Part shown: in pieces, positions 47,800-61,723 of the stretch | Layout of the letters: every line of letters starts with the position of its first letter | Position numbering within the stretch: position 1 is the stretch's first letter | Origin: Owenia fusiformis | Taxonomy: Eukaryota | NCBI GenBank assembly: GCA_903813345.2 | Contig: CAIIXF020000001.1 | Span: 22,444,001 to 22,508,000 of the forward strand | DNA: 64,000 nucleotides | Reading direction: 5' to 3' | Program-made: the position numbers and the translations under genes | Notes under the pieces: model-generated | Databases searched by the model: none | Told to the model about the DNA's origin: nothing | The model's input: the letters and a program-made list of their open reading frames with translations, nothing else

Positions 47800-48090
47800 C
47801 CTCTTGACTACCCAGAGTGATGAGATTTCTTGTCACCTCAGAAATGACCTTGAAACCCAGAGTGACGAGATATTCCATCACAAAATTTCTCACTAAAATT
47901 GCTCTTATTTGAATAATTTTCATCTAATTTACACAACAAAAAAATATTTTTAAAATATGAAGAAATGATCTCTACTGTCAATTTTACTAAAATAAGCATA
48001 CTTGACACCTGTTGTAATAAAATGTCAAAAGCTGGCAAAAATGAAAAATTCTCTGGTTTTAACCGAATTTAGAACCTGGGATTCAAGAGG
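47800..48090. mobile_element. piggyBac-like MITE
   Basis: TTAA|CCTCTTGACTACCCAG ... CTGGGATTCAAGAGG|TTTAA. Confidence 0.55.
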
Positions 48091-49528
48091 TTTAACTTTT
48101 TTGCTTATTATATAAGGTCTAAAATATTTTTTCGTATCTGTGTTTGCTATTCCACTTGTACTTGGAATTCTTTTGAATGGTAGAAAACAAAAAAGTACAA
48201 TCATCCATAAAATTGACCATTTTCATTTCTACTTCAAACTAATGAATGAAAACTCATGCCCATTGGCCAGGGGAGGGTTTTCCGGTCTAAACATTCTTTC
48301 AAAATCATGTAGTTTTTCACCATTCTGAGCACTCCTTTGGAGATTCTGGGCCAAAGCTGTTAAAGATGAACCCCTTATAATGTTTTGAAAAGTGACCCCT
48401 CCATTGGCAAAATTTTGCTACTGAAACTAATATTACTTAGCATTAATTACAATGAGCAACAAACACAGGAATGTAGACTAAGTGATTAATTTGCTTAAAT
48501 GCATTTCCCATGAGTAGTAAACAAGGGTACTTGGTACATACATGGTACTTTGCTTTTAGATACTGTGAGTAGCTAAAGTTTTTCTATTTCCATGTCAGGT
48601 TAACTTCAAATTACTATGATACTCATATTATAAAAATTAACCACATATCTCAAACTGAACTTGGCATCAACAAGAACATTCATCTCTAGGATATAAAGGC
48701 TGATATGGATTATACATTGTATTATACATTGATTATACATTGTATATTGTACTGATATGCACAATACACTCTTATTTCCTTACCCCGAGACTCAGACCCA
48801 AGTACCTTAGGTTCTGAATGGAAAAATAAAAAAAATATACAGTTTTAACTCTGATACTATCTAAATGACCTTAAGAGTACCAGTTGCAGCATTTAATGAA
48901 GGTTACATTACAAAACCAATGCCAGGTACCATGACAGAATATCTAATAAATGCTATTTTGACAGAATCGTTATCGACCATATTGTCAATGATTGGTTAGA
49001 GCTACATCAAAGGAATGTCTCTCCCTTCAAGAATGTAGACGAAGCTCTCTTTTAAAGAAACAGACTCAAACTATTGGAAATGTATAATTTTCTTTTCACA
49101 ACAGACGAAACTCCTACATGTTTTTGACTGTCTCAAACTAACCAAACTGAATTCCATCCACTAAGGGCCAAATAGAACTTATAAGTATCAATTTCAAAAG
49201 TTTTTTTTAACTCAAGGCACATAGATTGCTTTTACTCAGAATGATTTCTATTTGCAACAATAACACTGATGTTGATTATATTTCTTTTTATGTCATATTC
49301 ATATGCCAATATCTGATCGAACTACAAGCTTTGTCTCCTCAGATTTTTTTTGATATGTGTGAGTTGGCAATACCAAGCCAATACTTCACAAAAAATAATA
49401 AAATAAATTCTTGGAGCTTTGTGAACAACTCTTCAACATCCTTTTGTCACAGCTACAGTAGAATATCATTATATTGAATATATTTCATTGAAAAGTATTG
49501 AATTTCCGAGTTTACTTTGAAATCCTAC

Positions 49529-51890
49529 CTGTAAAGATGGCAATCTGCTGGTTGTTGATAGTTGATAATCCAACTCAAATCTGCAGTCCCTTGTTGTTTA
49601 ACAGACTTTATGGGTCAGTCAGAAGTGACACACTGAATACCTGAAACACATATCATTCTAATATACTTCAAGGGATTAAATATGGCTTTTATTTCATGGG
49701 ACAAGATATGAACATCATATCAATTCAAGGGACAAACCCATTTACAAGAAAACAGTTCAAAAAATATGTTTTTTATACCTTATACATTTATAAAGAGTTC
49801 CTAAAAAGCAATATTTAAAAGTTCAGTAATTTTTCACTTACATATATTTTGGTACTAGATATCTATTCTCCAGCTATGTTAAAGTAAAATATGCGATGTC
49901 CGTACTAGTTGACTTTACAAACCTTAAAAAGCTGACTTTTATTTCCTTGACTGAAACAATATCCCTCCGTTTCTTCAATTAAACTCCCTAATAACAAATC
50001 CTGATGTTAACCACATAAATGATGAACTCTTTTATGATACTGATATCAACGAAAAACTAAAATGTCGTGATGAATATGGAATTACTTGTGTTGATTTATG
50101 ATTTAACATCTACATCAACACCTCTACATAAAAACTTTTTTAGATTACGAAAATGTTATGATACTATCCACAATATTATGGTGAATAATAAAATTGCTTT
50201 TTACATCTAAAGTACATTTTCAGCATCAGTTTTTATAATACAGTGAAACCTGTAAAGTGGAACACCTCTATAAGTGGAACACCTGACACCTCTGTTAGAA
50301 GAGCACTTTTCAGAGTCCCAAGACCAACTGACTTCATGTTAAATGAACCTCTATAAGTGGAACACCTCCCAAGTGGAACACTTTTTAGGGGTGCCAAAGG
50401 TGTTCCACTTAGACATGTTTTACTGTATTACATTAATTCTCATGACCCCAATGCCCCCAAATATAACAGACTCCTGAAAGGGCATGTTTTACTTGTCCAG
50501 GTAATTCACTGTGAACAAGTTTTATGTGATTCGTGATATTTTTTGAAAAGAAATCCAAATAGTACACATAGTTGATCAATACAGACTGCTGGTACACGAT
50601 TCATGTTTTACATTCATGAAAACGTAATAACAAATAACTTTTGTTGTTTATAGAAAGCTATGAAAAGTCTACTTTCAATGCAATAGAAACACTTAAGTTC
50701 AGCTGTGGTAGATTAATGATCTGATTCTGGATTTGAAATAGAACATTGTGTTGAAGCAATTCGAAATGAGGCATAATAGCATGACAAAATATCACAATTT
50801 CAATCTTTTTGTATATTAATCAATATCTGGCCATTCCTCAATTTTCCTTGCACTTTAAGAGGCAGGGTGGGTGCTTCTAAGGGGGTGGGCCCTTATCACA
50901 TGGTATCTGTTTTTCAATAAACATTTAGACAGAGTGACTTATACTAGTGTAAGCTTAGATTTCTTCTAATGATTTCTGCATATTTTGATACCAAATGACA
51001 AGATAATGAACAACTTATAAATATACTGGTACATGTTTTATATCAAAATATAAAAAATGAAATAAAGATCTTTATAGCAAAAGTATAATGTGACCCAGAA
51101 AATTGGTGAAATCAAATTGATCAAAATACTATTAAGTGCTCATTCATACTTAGACACAGACTTTTTATGATTTTTATGATTTGTCAAATAATTGACTGGG
51201 TTAGTTTGAACCTTTTCAGAATATCTTTAATATCCTATTTTATTTATCAAGTAATAATTTATATTGCAAAGTACTAAATAACAAGAGTGACATATCTCTT
51301 AGTTATTACTACAATCTATTCTTTTTAGTTAAAAAATATTTTATCAGAAAATTGAAAAACTAATCAGAATAAAATTATTAAAAACTCACAAGCTCAAAAA
51401 TGAAACATTACATTTTAAGATCATAACAGAGACTTTATTGAATGAGTTTTGAGGTCATGGCTAAGTTAATAGAAAAAATTGCTCTCATGAGACACAACAG
51501 ATTGCCCCTTGTAATGCTAAAGGACCTCAAATCACCAAAGTTCCAGAGGAAGAATTCATATATAAAGTAACAACACAGAATGACTTTGCCAAAATAATCT
51601 CACATAACTCTTAAAATACAAAAAATGATGTTTTTCATGATTATCATCATTTCTATGATAAAATGGTCCATCAGTCTTATTTATTTAAATTTCTGAACAA
51701 ACAGAAACTGAGAAACACCTTAAGTTTACATTAAAGAAGGAAACTAGGTCAATCTACATGTACATAATATCCTAAGATGACAAGAAAGTACCATAGTGCC
51801 ATATCAATATGCTTATACTTACAGAATCCCGAATCAATGTAGTGGAGTCAAACTGCAAGCTCTGAACGCGAGTTCTGATGTTTATTTATA
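49529..51890 (-). promoter_or_regulatory. Putative FRRS1 5' UTR exons (~51857-51823 and 49640-49529) and TATA box (51890-51883)
   Basis: The first coding exon begins with an acceptor, so upstream exons must exist. Candidates: TATAAATA followed ~60 nt later by a GTAAGT donor (51822); TGTGTTTCAG acceptor (49641) with CAG|GTAGGA donor (49528). Signals only. Confidence 0.35.
50241..50425 (+). mobile_element. pogo/Tigger-like MITE
   Basis: TA|CAGTGAAACCTGTAAAGTGGAACACCT ... AGGTGTTCCACTTAGACATGTTTTACTG|TA. Confidence 0.85.
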
Positions 51891-54800
51891 TTCTTATGTA
51901 TGGTTTAGAAAAGTTGATAAAAATGGGCAATCAACATTCATACAATGACCAGCTATTTCTAGACAAATATTTGAAGTATCCCGTTTAACTAAAGATTTCT
52001 GCTAAGTCATACTTCGTGACTGGCCTACATTATATTTCCTTTCACCATTATACATAAACTAAAACGTATTCAGCAAAAACTATGTCAATATAAGAAAGGG
52101 TCAACAAATGTAAACATGCAGGTCGAGGATATTACATGGGGGACTCACAGAACCTCATCATTCTTGGAGGATTTTAGACTATGGATCAAGTTCCCTAATA
52201 CACACCCCCATATCCTAGATATGATACTGCTGAGCGATGGGTGGCTCAATTTTCATCTCCCTAACAGGATTGGGTAAGGCTAGATCCAAAGGATTACCTC
52301 AAATTCATCTATTTACAAAAACACAATAAGTTGATTGAAAAGGGTTTCATACTTTTACTTATCTCATGTTTTATGATAAGTCTACTTAAAATTGCTTGTT
52401 AAGAGTACTATTAACAATATTGGATGCTTACAATCAACCTCTAACATTATTTCAAATTGATAACTCAAAAAGCTGAAAATTAAACTGACCCTGACAATTA
52501 AAGTACAATAAACTGTGAATTGGAGAAAATATAGTTTTGATGTTTTAAACGTAAAAAGTAGCTGTTATTGCCTTTGAAATTCAATGTATGCTGTTTTGAT
52601 TATACAGCTAGATATTCTAAAATTCTGATTATGTGAGGCACTGAGGCTTACACTTGCAGTTGTGTGTATATGAAGCCTTCTTTTAAAGAATCAAATCATG
52701 AACTATTAGAGAGGGTAAACCAAACCAAGGTCTTTTTGCAATTCTTGATTGTGCAAATGAAGAATATTGAAAATACTATACAAATACTATTTATGTTGAA
52801 TATCCACAGAATAAAAATACTTGGCATGAAACGGGGGATTACAGAGGGGCTATAGAATTACACATTGGTGTGAATCAATTCCATTTATAGCACAGACTTC
52901 CATAGCTTCCTCTAGTGCAGGCTGCCACTGTAAGATAACAGAAAAGCCGAAGAATCACAAATAACAAATAACACAGACTTGTTTGCTTCTTATCTATGTA
53001 TGCATTAAAATGATGAGGAATTGTTAGCACAGATCTAAAATAATTACCCTTTTTAATCTATCTACACACCTATACTCTTTCAATAAGAGAGAATTATTTG
53101 ACCCAGTCTTACCTTAACCAATCAGGTGAGGTCAATAAAAACTGAGCTACCAAATCAGCTAATTGCAGTCTCAGAATTGTATGCCTTCATACGTAGCAGA
53201 CATTTATCAATATTCAAACTTCAATGAAAGGCCATTATAGCTGAATTTGGGCCCTATCAAATTTTTATCGGCCTCAGATTGCTAGAGGATGGAAAATTAC
53301 AATCTACATCTGGGGTTTGGGTATTTTTAATGCATTAACATTGTTATGGCTCTAGAGATAAGTCCATGTTCAATACACCAAAATATACAATGTAGTTCAC
53401 TCCTTCTGAGGAAATATGTACATACTGTAGCTCTACATACATGTAAAAAAATACAAATACATTATTTGACATAACAATCCAAAAAGTACAAAGTAAGATC
53501 AATAAGTAATTGTTTCTCAAAGACCCTCACGATATTCAATTCTCAAGTAATGTAAATAATATGTTAACCATCCATTAATTCTAGAAAATGCAAGGTAAAT
53601 CATAAAATAGGTTGTTTGTTATATATCTTCAGTAGCCTCTATGAGTCAAAATTGAGTGGTGATACCATCAGTCTGAAACATGTTGCACCACCTTGTTATA
53701 CACTCTAATTTTACAACTTTTTGAACAACACTCAAAAATGTTTTGGGAACGTGAAAAAATCCTGATATTCACAAAGTGCCAACAGCTACTAGACAGACAC
53801 TGTTGATATAACATGCTACATTTATATTTTCAATGGCTCATTAGAAATGAAATTTATACAACAATTAATAGCTTATGTAGAAAAATATGTCTATAATATA
53901 ATGAGCAGCATTTTCATTATAAGGACATTGGTTAATTATATTCATTAAACATTGACTTTTTTATAATACTTGTACTGTAGTTGGAATTCATCAAAACATA
54001 ATTTTCAATTCTAGAATGTGTCTGAATCTCAAAAAATGAAAAAATATCTAATAAGCTAAACAGCCTTTGGATGTTAAGAATCGGGTCATTAGATAAAGTA
54101 TCATTGGAGGAAAAAATAACTTAACATTTAATAAAGATCTGTGTAAACAAGCATCTATGGTTTAGCGACCTCTAACCTTTTAACATTAAACTAAGGCAGA
54201 AAACATGTCTTGAGTGACTCAGCATCCTCTAGAAGTACACTGTAGATTTATACAAAGGTTCACCTTTGATAAGTCATCATAAAACAACCATTGTCTCAAT
54301 GTCTTATCTTAATTCATTAGTTACTACATGTATTAAGTTCTATTACACAAAGCTACTAGGTGTACTTGTACCATAGTAGAGTATATGCTCAGTTGAGGTT
54401 CTGAGGCACTTAGCCTGGGGTGGGGGTTCTGCTTGAACTACCTTTAAAACAGCATTTATATATTCAAAAGCGTCGAGCAATGCAATGATTCCCAGCCCTC
54501 TGAAGTTTGAAAAATAAAAATACCTGGGTGTTAATCCATGGATAATCCTTTAAAATGAGAAATGATTTTTTGGATTATATTGTGCAATCTTATAGTCAAT
54601 AAAATGTTTTAAAGTGTATTCCTGTTTTTAAGATGAAAAACATAAGCGAAATGCAAGAAAAAACTCTCCCAATTTATTCTACAAACAACTCGCGCCCCTT
54701 TAAGGAACATTAGTGCCAAGTTAAGTTGAGATTGGTCAAAACTCAAAACCATAAGAAATTGATCCAGCATTTGTGTTGTAATTGTAATTAGATTTTGTGG

Positions 54801-55589
54801 ACACGTACAATTCGATAATCTAATCATAGTACTGTCAGACATTGCTTCATGGGTAGTTATCCTACCAGGCAATGCTCAAGTTAGAATATTATCTCAGTTG
54901 TTCTAAGACATATCTAAAATTAAAATGCGTTACAGTAACAACCTTTTATCTAGATGTCCAAGCACCATCTCCATAATATTAAATGGCAGGTTTATCTTTG
55001 AAGTTTTTGCTTCAATGAGCATTTCTCAAACAAGAAATTAATATGGTCAATGGATATCTAATTAACAAACTCATATTTCATGTTTGTTTGAATATTGAAT
55101 ATTCAAGAGCTAAAATTAAGAAATAAAGCCCATCTTACTACCATGGCAGCGCAGAATATACAAAGTGTAAAATGCTAAACATAATATTTCCAATAAACGT
55201 GGCTAAACGGGGAATCGATTTCACTCAATAATCAAACATCTACACATTACTGTCATGTAATTGTCAGATTGTATTGTCGGGCTGGCAAGTCATAATTATT
55301 TTGTGTTACGTCATTCTGTACTTAGGCCGAGGCTTTCGCCACATTGAAATAAACTGTACAAAGTCAGCCAAGATATCTCTTAGTGTTATTCGAAATATAA
55401 CGTAACAGAACAATTACACATTCTTACATTTTCTTGAATCATCATCTTGATATGAAAATTAAACGTTACAGGGTGAGATTCAGACCAATGGGATCGGACA
55501 ATTGGGATTCACACCATAGGGGTTCGGACGATTGGGATTTGGAAAAATGGAATACAGACGATTGAGATTCGGACCATTGGGACATCCCC

Positions 55590-58360
55590 AGAATAACTCC
55601 CAGATCAACCCAAACCTTGGAAACTATAGAATTTACAGAGGAACTAGTCCTACATAAACTCAAAAAGCTCAAAGCCTGCAAATCCCCCGGCCCCGACAAT
55701 ATTCCCGCAAGATTTCTACTGGAATGTTCACATGAACTAGCCCTCCCTCTCAGTCTGCTTTTTACCAAATCCCTAGATTCAGGAACATTACCATCAATCT
55801 GGAAAGATGGCGAGATAACACCCATCCACAAAAAGGGTAAAAGAACAGCTCCCAGCAACTACCGTCCAATATCGCTAACTTGTATCCTGTGTAAGACCAT
55901 GGAATCCATAATTAGGGACGCAATGGTAAACCACATGGTGACACTGGGCTTATTAACAGATGCCCAACACGGGTTTGTACCCGGGCGTTCATGTAGCACC
56001 CAGTTGCTTACAGTACTTGAGGATTGGACAAGTCTACTCGATACTGGCAACCCAATAGACGTAATATATTTTGACTTTTCCCGGGCGCTTGACAGCGTAC
56101 CGCACTGCAGACTACTTGAAAAACTAAACAGCTATGGCTTCAAGGGGAACCTTCTAAAGTGGCTGACTGCATTCCTGACTAAACGAAGACAGAGAGTCAA
56201 AGTCAATGGTAGCCTCTCAAGCTGGACTGAAGTCACCAGTGGTATCCCTCAAGGCTCGAGCCTCGGACCACTGGCCTTCATAATCTACATAAACGATCTT
56301 CCCGAGAAAGTTAAAAGCACTTTGAAAATCTTCGCTGATGACACGAAGCTGTACAATGCCATTCCCAGACAAGACAACATCACTAAACTACAAGAAGACA
56401 TTAACGAACTTGTCAAGTGGTCCGAAAAATGGCTGCTCAAATTCAACTCCAGCAAATGTAAAGTTCTTCATCTGGGGAACAATAACAACAACCACAAATA
56501 CACACTAGATAACCAACCACTGGAAGATGTCACCAAAGAACGTGACCTTGGCGTGACCATTGACCAGGATTTAAAGTTCCATGACCATGTCTCCAACTGT
56601 GTAAACAAAGCAAACCAGAACAACGGCAACGCCAAAGCGTAGCGAATCCCATCGAACAGAAATGGCTGGCATTTTTACAAACGAAGCGCAAATATCATTA
56701 AAACAACACACCAGAAAGGCCACCATCATCAGAAGAAATAATATGCTTTTAAGTAAAGCCACCTCTAAAATTTTTGAAAAATCGCACACATACTTGTAAA
56801 ATAACACACATAAAAATGGTGGCCATTTTTCAAAATGACCGACTACTCCCTAAAGTTTTATTAGACAATGTGCCATGCTTAAAGTATTCACATATCAAAT
56901 ATGAACAAAATCGCTCCACTACTTTTCGAGTTATAGTAAAATACGTTAAAATGGCGGCCATTTTTCAAAACTGTTTTCAAAATGGCCGCCTTCTACCAAA
57001 AGTGTCATAGGACAGTGTGCTGTGCTTATAGTATTCACATACTAAATATTAACAAAATCGCTCCACTACTTTTCAAGTTATAGTAAAATATGTTAAAATG
57101 GCGGCCATTTTTCAAATTTTTTTTCAAAATGGCCGCCTTCTACCAAAAGTGTCATAGGACAGTGTGCCATGCTTATAGTATTCACATACCAAATATGAAC
57201 AAAAACGCTCCACTACTTTTCGAGTTATAGTAAAATACGTTAAAATGGCGGCCATTTTTCAAAATGGCCGCCTTCTACCAAAAGTGTCTTAAGACAGTGT
57301 GCAATGCTTATATTATTCACATACCAAATATGAACAAAATCGCTCCACTACTTTTTGAGTTACAGCAAAAATCGTAAAATGACGAGTAAAGGCCGCCATT
57401 TTTCAAGATGGCTGCCATGTGCTTCTTTAATATCTACATTTGTAGCATTATTAATGTCCTTTATAATTTTTTTACATTTAAAACATATTGCTATTACAGT
57501 TTTACATATTGCACCTAAATTACTGTAAAATCGTCACTAAAATGGCTGCCATTTTGAAATGAGCGGCCATTTTGGAAATCGGCTTTTGAGCAGAACTTCT
57601 ACCCCCATAGGGTATATGTGTACAAAATATGAACAAAATCGGGCCAATGGTATTTGAGTTATTGCCCGGACGGACGGACGGACGGACGGACGGACGGACG
57701 TACGTACGGACGTACGTACGGACGGACGGACGGACGGACGGACGGACGGACGGACGGAGGCGTTCCCTATATCCCTCCGAACTTCGTTCGATGGGATAAT
57801 AAGATTTTGGGTGCAATCAAAAGAACATTCTCAAACTAAGATGCAGATATTTTCCTCCCCCTATACACAACCCTAGTCCGCCCCCACCTGGAATACTGCA
57901 CCGTAGCCTGGAATCCCAGATATCAATTGGACATTAATAAGATTGAGAAAATACAAAGGAGAGCCACCAAACTCATCACCGGCATGACCGACCTACCCTA
58001 CGAAGAACGACTAAAGCAGCTTCACCTATTTCCGATGACATACAGGAGGAAAAGAGGAGACTTAATTCAAGTATATAAAATCATGAATGAGATAGACAAG
58101 ATAGAGCCATCCCACTTCTTTACCCCAAGTCACACCAACACAAGAGGCCACAGCCAGAAATTCTACAAACCCAGATGTAACCTTGCCCTGAGACGAGGGT
58201 TCTTCAGTCAGCGTACCATAGACGACTGGAACAACCTCCCAGAGAATGTAGTTACAGCCTTAACATTAGATGATTTCAAGGTAAAGGTCGATACCTACTA
58301 CTACCCAGACATGTAGAAGATCACAAGAGACCCAGGATGACCAGTTCACACTACACTAGT
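55590..58360 (+). mobile_element. 5'-truncated CR1/L2-group LINE (RT pseudogene), interrupted by a HINE at 56614-57799
   Basis: RT motifs KSPGPD, YRPISL, QHGFVPGRSC, GIPQGS, FADD, WLLKFNSSKCKVLH, ERDLGV; resumes at 57800 with KILGAIKRTFSN*...LVRPHLEYC...IQRRATK...RGDLIQVYKI...TRGH...FFSQR..WNNLP. In-frame stop at 57837-57839. Confidence 0.93.
56614..57799 (-). mobile_element. HINE family A-related copy inserted into the LINE
   Basis: subTIRs ATCCCATCGAAC (56646-56657) / GTTCGATGGGAT (57786-57797), (GGAC)n microsatellite 57668-57757, tandem cores with AAAATGGCGGCCATTTT. Confidence 0.88.
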
Positions 58361-58419
58361 TTTTTGCCCATGTTCAACATAATTTTAGTGCAATCAAAAT
58401 TGTCTTACAGAATAAGGAG

Positions 58420-58665
58420 TTGCTGGTGCAAGCCATAACCACAGCTAAACATAAAATTACAAGGTGTTTTCACTGCCAATCTTTCGGACACGTGGCTAGG
58501 GGTTGCTCCAGCAAAGCTAAGTGTGAGAATTGTGCTGGAGCCCACAAAGGTAAATGCTCAAATCCCACAAAGTGCTCAAACTGTGGTGAAAAACATAAGG
58601 CAAGCTCTATAAATTGCTCCATATACAAAGAAATAAAACTCCAAAGGAGTAAATATGAAATATAA
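58420..58665 (+). CDS. C-terminal part of LINE ORF1 (gag-like, three CCHC zinc knuckles)
   Basis: CFHCQSFGHVARGC, CENCAGAHKGKC, CSNCGEKHKASSINC; overlaps the start of ORF2. Confidence 0.85.
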   Translation: MLVQAITTAKHKITRCFHCQSFGHVARGCSSKAKCENCAGAHKGKCSNPTKCSNCGEKHKASSINCSIYKEIKLQRSKYEI

Positions 58666-61600
58666 TTGCATGATTTACACTATACTGACTGCATTAACCA
58701 CCCTCATACCAACCCCCAAAATGAACATTTTTCAAGCCAATATACAATCCATTAATACCTCTGCCAAATATATAAAAAACCTATCCCCAAATGCTTCAAT
58801 ATTCTGTCTTACGGAAATTTGGCACCCAAAATCTGAAAACATTGTATCAGCCGGTCTTAAAGACTGGTCTTGGATTAAATCTGTTCGGCAAAATAGGGAG
58901 GGCGGGGGTGCAGCCATTATAGCCTCTCCCAATACCAAAATTGTAAAGCGCGATGATCTCATGAGGGATGATGTTGAAGCAGCATGGGCCAATATTTACA
59001 CCAAAGACCTTGCAATCCTTTTATGCTCAGTATACATCCCTCCGGAGAACATCACAGCCTGGGAGAAATTTATTGTAATAGCCCACAAAGTTTTCAATGA
59101 TGGCATCCCAATACTTTTCACCGGTGATTTCAATGCTAGACATCCCCTTTGGCATGACAGCGCCACAAATAAACTTGGGGACCAAGTTGCCAATTTTATT
59201 CTGGCACATAATGCACATATCTTCAATAATAGACAACACACCCGCAAAGATACCATCATTGATTTAACTTTTGGTTCGGGTTCTTTGTCATCCAGGATTC
59301 AGGACTGGCGGGTGCGGGAGGAGGTCTACCTGAGATCTGATCACAGGCTGATTTCCTTCAGGATTGGCAGGTCGGAATCAGAGGTGAAAAGAGAATACTT
59401 AGATCTTAAGAATACCAATTGGAAAATTTTTGAAAGGGAATGCGATATAAAATGTTCTGATTGGTTGCAGGATACCCTCCCCAACTCTAACGTGGAGGAA
59501 TGCTACACTACACTGTGCTCCCTGATACACAAGGTCGTTGAAGAGAATATACCCAAGAAAACGGTGTGTAGCAGGAGCAAAGGGTGGTGGACACATGAAC
59601 TGACCAATCAGGTAAAAAATCTCAGAAAAGCAAAACGTAATTATAATAAACGCAGTGATCCAGCCAACTGGGCTATCTACGCTGGGCTCGCTGATCAGTT
59701 TGCCTCAGATGTCAAAGAATGTGAATCTCAGTATTGGGACAAACTGTTCGGGGAGCTCTGTGTGGGCAGACCGGAAGGCATTTGGAAAACTGTCAATCAA
59801 ACTCAAAATAAAAAAGCCAAAAAGATTGTACAGCCAATAAAATCTAAAGATGGGAGCACCATATTGCACACTGATGTGGATATCGCTCAGGCGATGGTCC
59901 AACAGTACGGTAAACAAAATCTACCAGTACAAAGGTGTAAAGTATGGTACTCCCATGTTAATGACACAACCAATGACCTCATCAAATCTGAAAAAGAAAA
60001 AATGCTCGATCCCAATTATCACAAAGTATGCTCCGAGGAGAATAGGGACATCACATTCACAGAAACGATTGAGGCAATCAACAGAACCCCAACCAACACA
60101 GCCCCTAGTCCCAGAGAGAAACTTCTAGGAATCGTCATCAAAAAAGGAGGCAACATGTTACACCACTCAATCTGGAAACTAGCCCAGAAATGTTGGGAGG
60201 AGGGAGTCCTGCCCTCCGAATTCAAGATAGACCCCAAATCTATGCTTGGAAAACCCAACAAAAAAGACTACCACACTGAGAGATCATACAGGCCTATAAC
60301 ACTCGAATCTTTAATTGGGAAAATCCTGCAGAGAATAGTAAGTCCCCGGCTCTCATGGCGCTGTGAGGCTAACAACATATACTGCAGCTACCAAGACGCG
60401 TACAGAGAGCATAGGGGATGTTCTCAGACTGTCATCAGATTCGTTCAGTCTGTACAGGAGGCTCTCAATAGAGGTGAAACTGTTATAGCTGCTGTATTAG
60501 ATTATGAAAGTTGTTTTGAGCGGATATGGAGGGAAGGACTGATTTACAAAATGGCTCAAAATGGCATTGGGGGAAGACTGCTCGTATACATCTCCCAGTA
60601 CTTGTTCAACAGGCAGTTCTCCATCACTGCCAATGACCATACTACCAGCCTCATTACATCAACTGTGGGTATTCCTTAGGGATCTGTGCTGTCCCCATCC
60701 CTCTGCAACATTTATACTGCGGATTCCATGGCTAAGGTTTTGTCGCATACTGCTGGATTCGCTGACGACAACACCATTTGGTGTAGTGGTGTTGACGTAG
60801 CAGCCGTAGAGCAGAGAATTAACAAAGACCTGGAGGAAATTGCAGGTAAATGGTGTGAAAAGTGGAATATGGAAATAGCACCGGAAAAATCTGAGGTACT
60901 CATCTTCACCCCACCTGGAAAAGTGAAACCTAACATCAACATTCACTTCAGGAACAAGCAACTTCCAATAGTCCACTCAAAGAAAATCCTAGGAGTCACA
61001 GTTGACGATGAACTCAACTTCGATCAACACATAGACCTGAAAAAGAAGTCTGCAATCGGAGCACTAGCAGGTATAGCCAATTTTACCAGCTGCAACTCTG
61101 GGTGCAGTGAGGAAGTTTTCACCACGCTTTATAAGACCCTGGTGATCCCTCACTTTGAAACTGGCATAAGTGCTATTGCCACAGCCACAGACAAAGCAGC
61201 AAAAGCTTATTCAACAGTCCAACGTGCTGCTCTCCTAAAAACAACAGGATGTTTGTCGACAGTGAGCACAGAATCACTGGAGGTTATGGCAGGAGTACTT
61301 CCCATAGACATACACCTGAGAGCCAGACAAGCTCAAGAGGCTGTCAGAATATTATCACATAATATATCTGACCCCATTGCTGAAGAATATCATCGTTTGA
61401 CAGAATCTGGAAAACCAGATAGAAAGCCTACCTGTTTCAACATCTTAGCAGCTAGACTCAGACTGCACAACTGTCCAACCAAACCAACTAACTATGCTAA
61501 ACACAGCTACTACCAAGCAGACACAGAGACCTTTTTACCAGCTGATGTCATCGTGCATACTGAGGATTTCAGCAGATCCAAATCTGAGCAATCTCATCGC

Positions 61601-61723
61601 ATCAACAACTTGCTGAATGATCTTGATGGCTCAGAGACTGTGATCTTCACAGACGGGTCCGCTAATGGCAATCCAGGACCAACTGCCCTTATAAAAAATT
61701 CAACCTTGAAAGTCCGAATTTAA
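58655..61723 (+). pseudogene. ORF2 of an I/Nimb-group non-LTR retrotransposon: APE endonuclease + RT + start of RNase H; one in-frame stop; 3'-truncated
   Basis: APE motifs NIQS, TEIW, SVYIPP, GDFNA, IDLTF, SDHRLI; RT motifs YRPITL, GIP*GSVLSP (TAG at 60677-60679 in place of CAG), FADD, ILGVTVD; RNase H start IFTDGSANGNPGP at ~61643-61681, then unrelated AT-rich sequence. Confidence 0.92.

Noticed and set aside
55470-55590. Degenerate ~15-bp repeats (GGATTCGGACCATTG-like) as part of the LINE
   Set aside because: Looks like one arm of an unrelated foldback-type element; no partner arm or TSD found.
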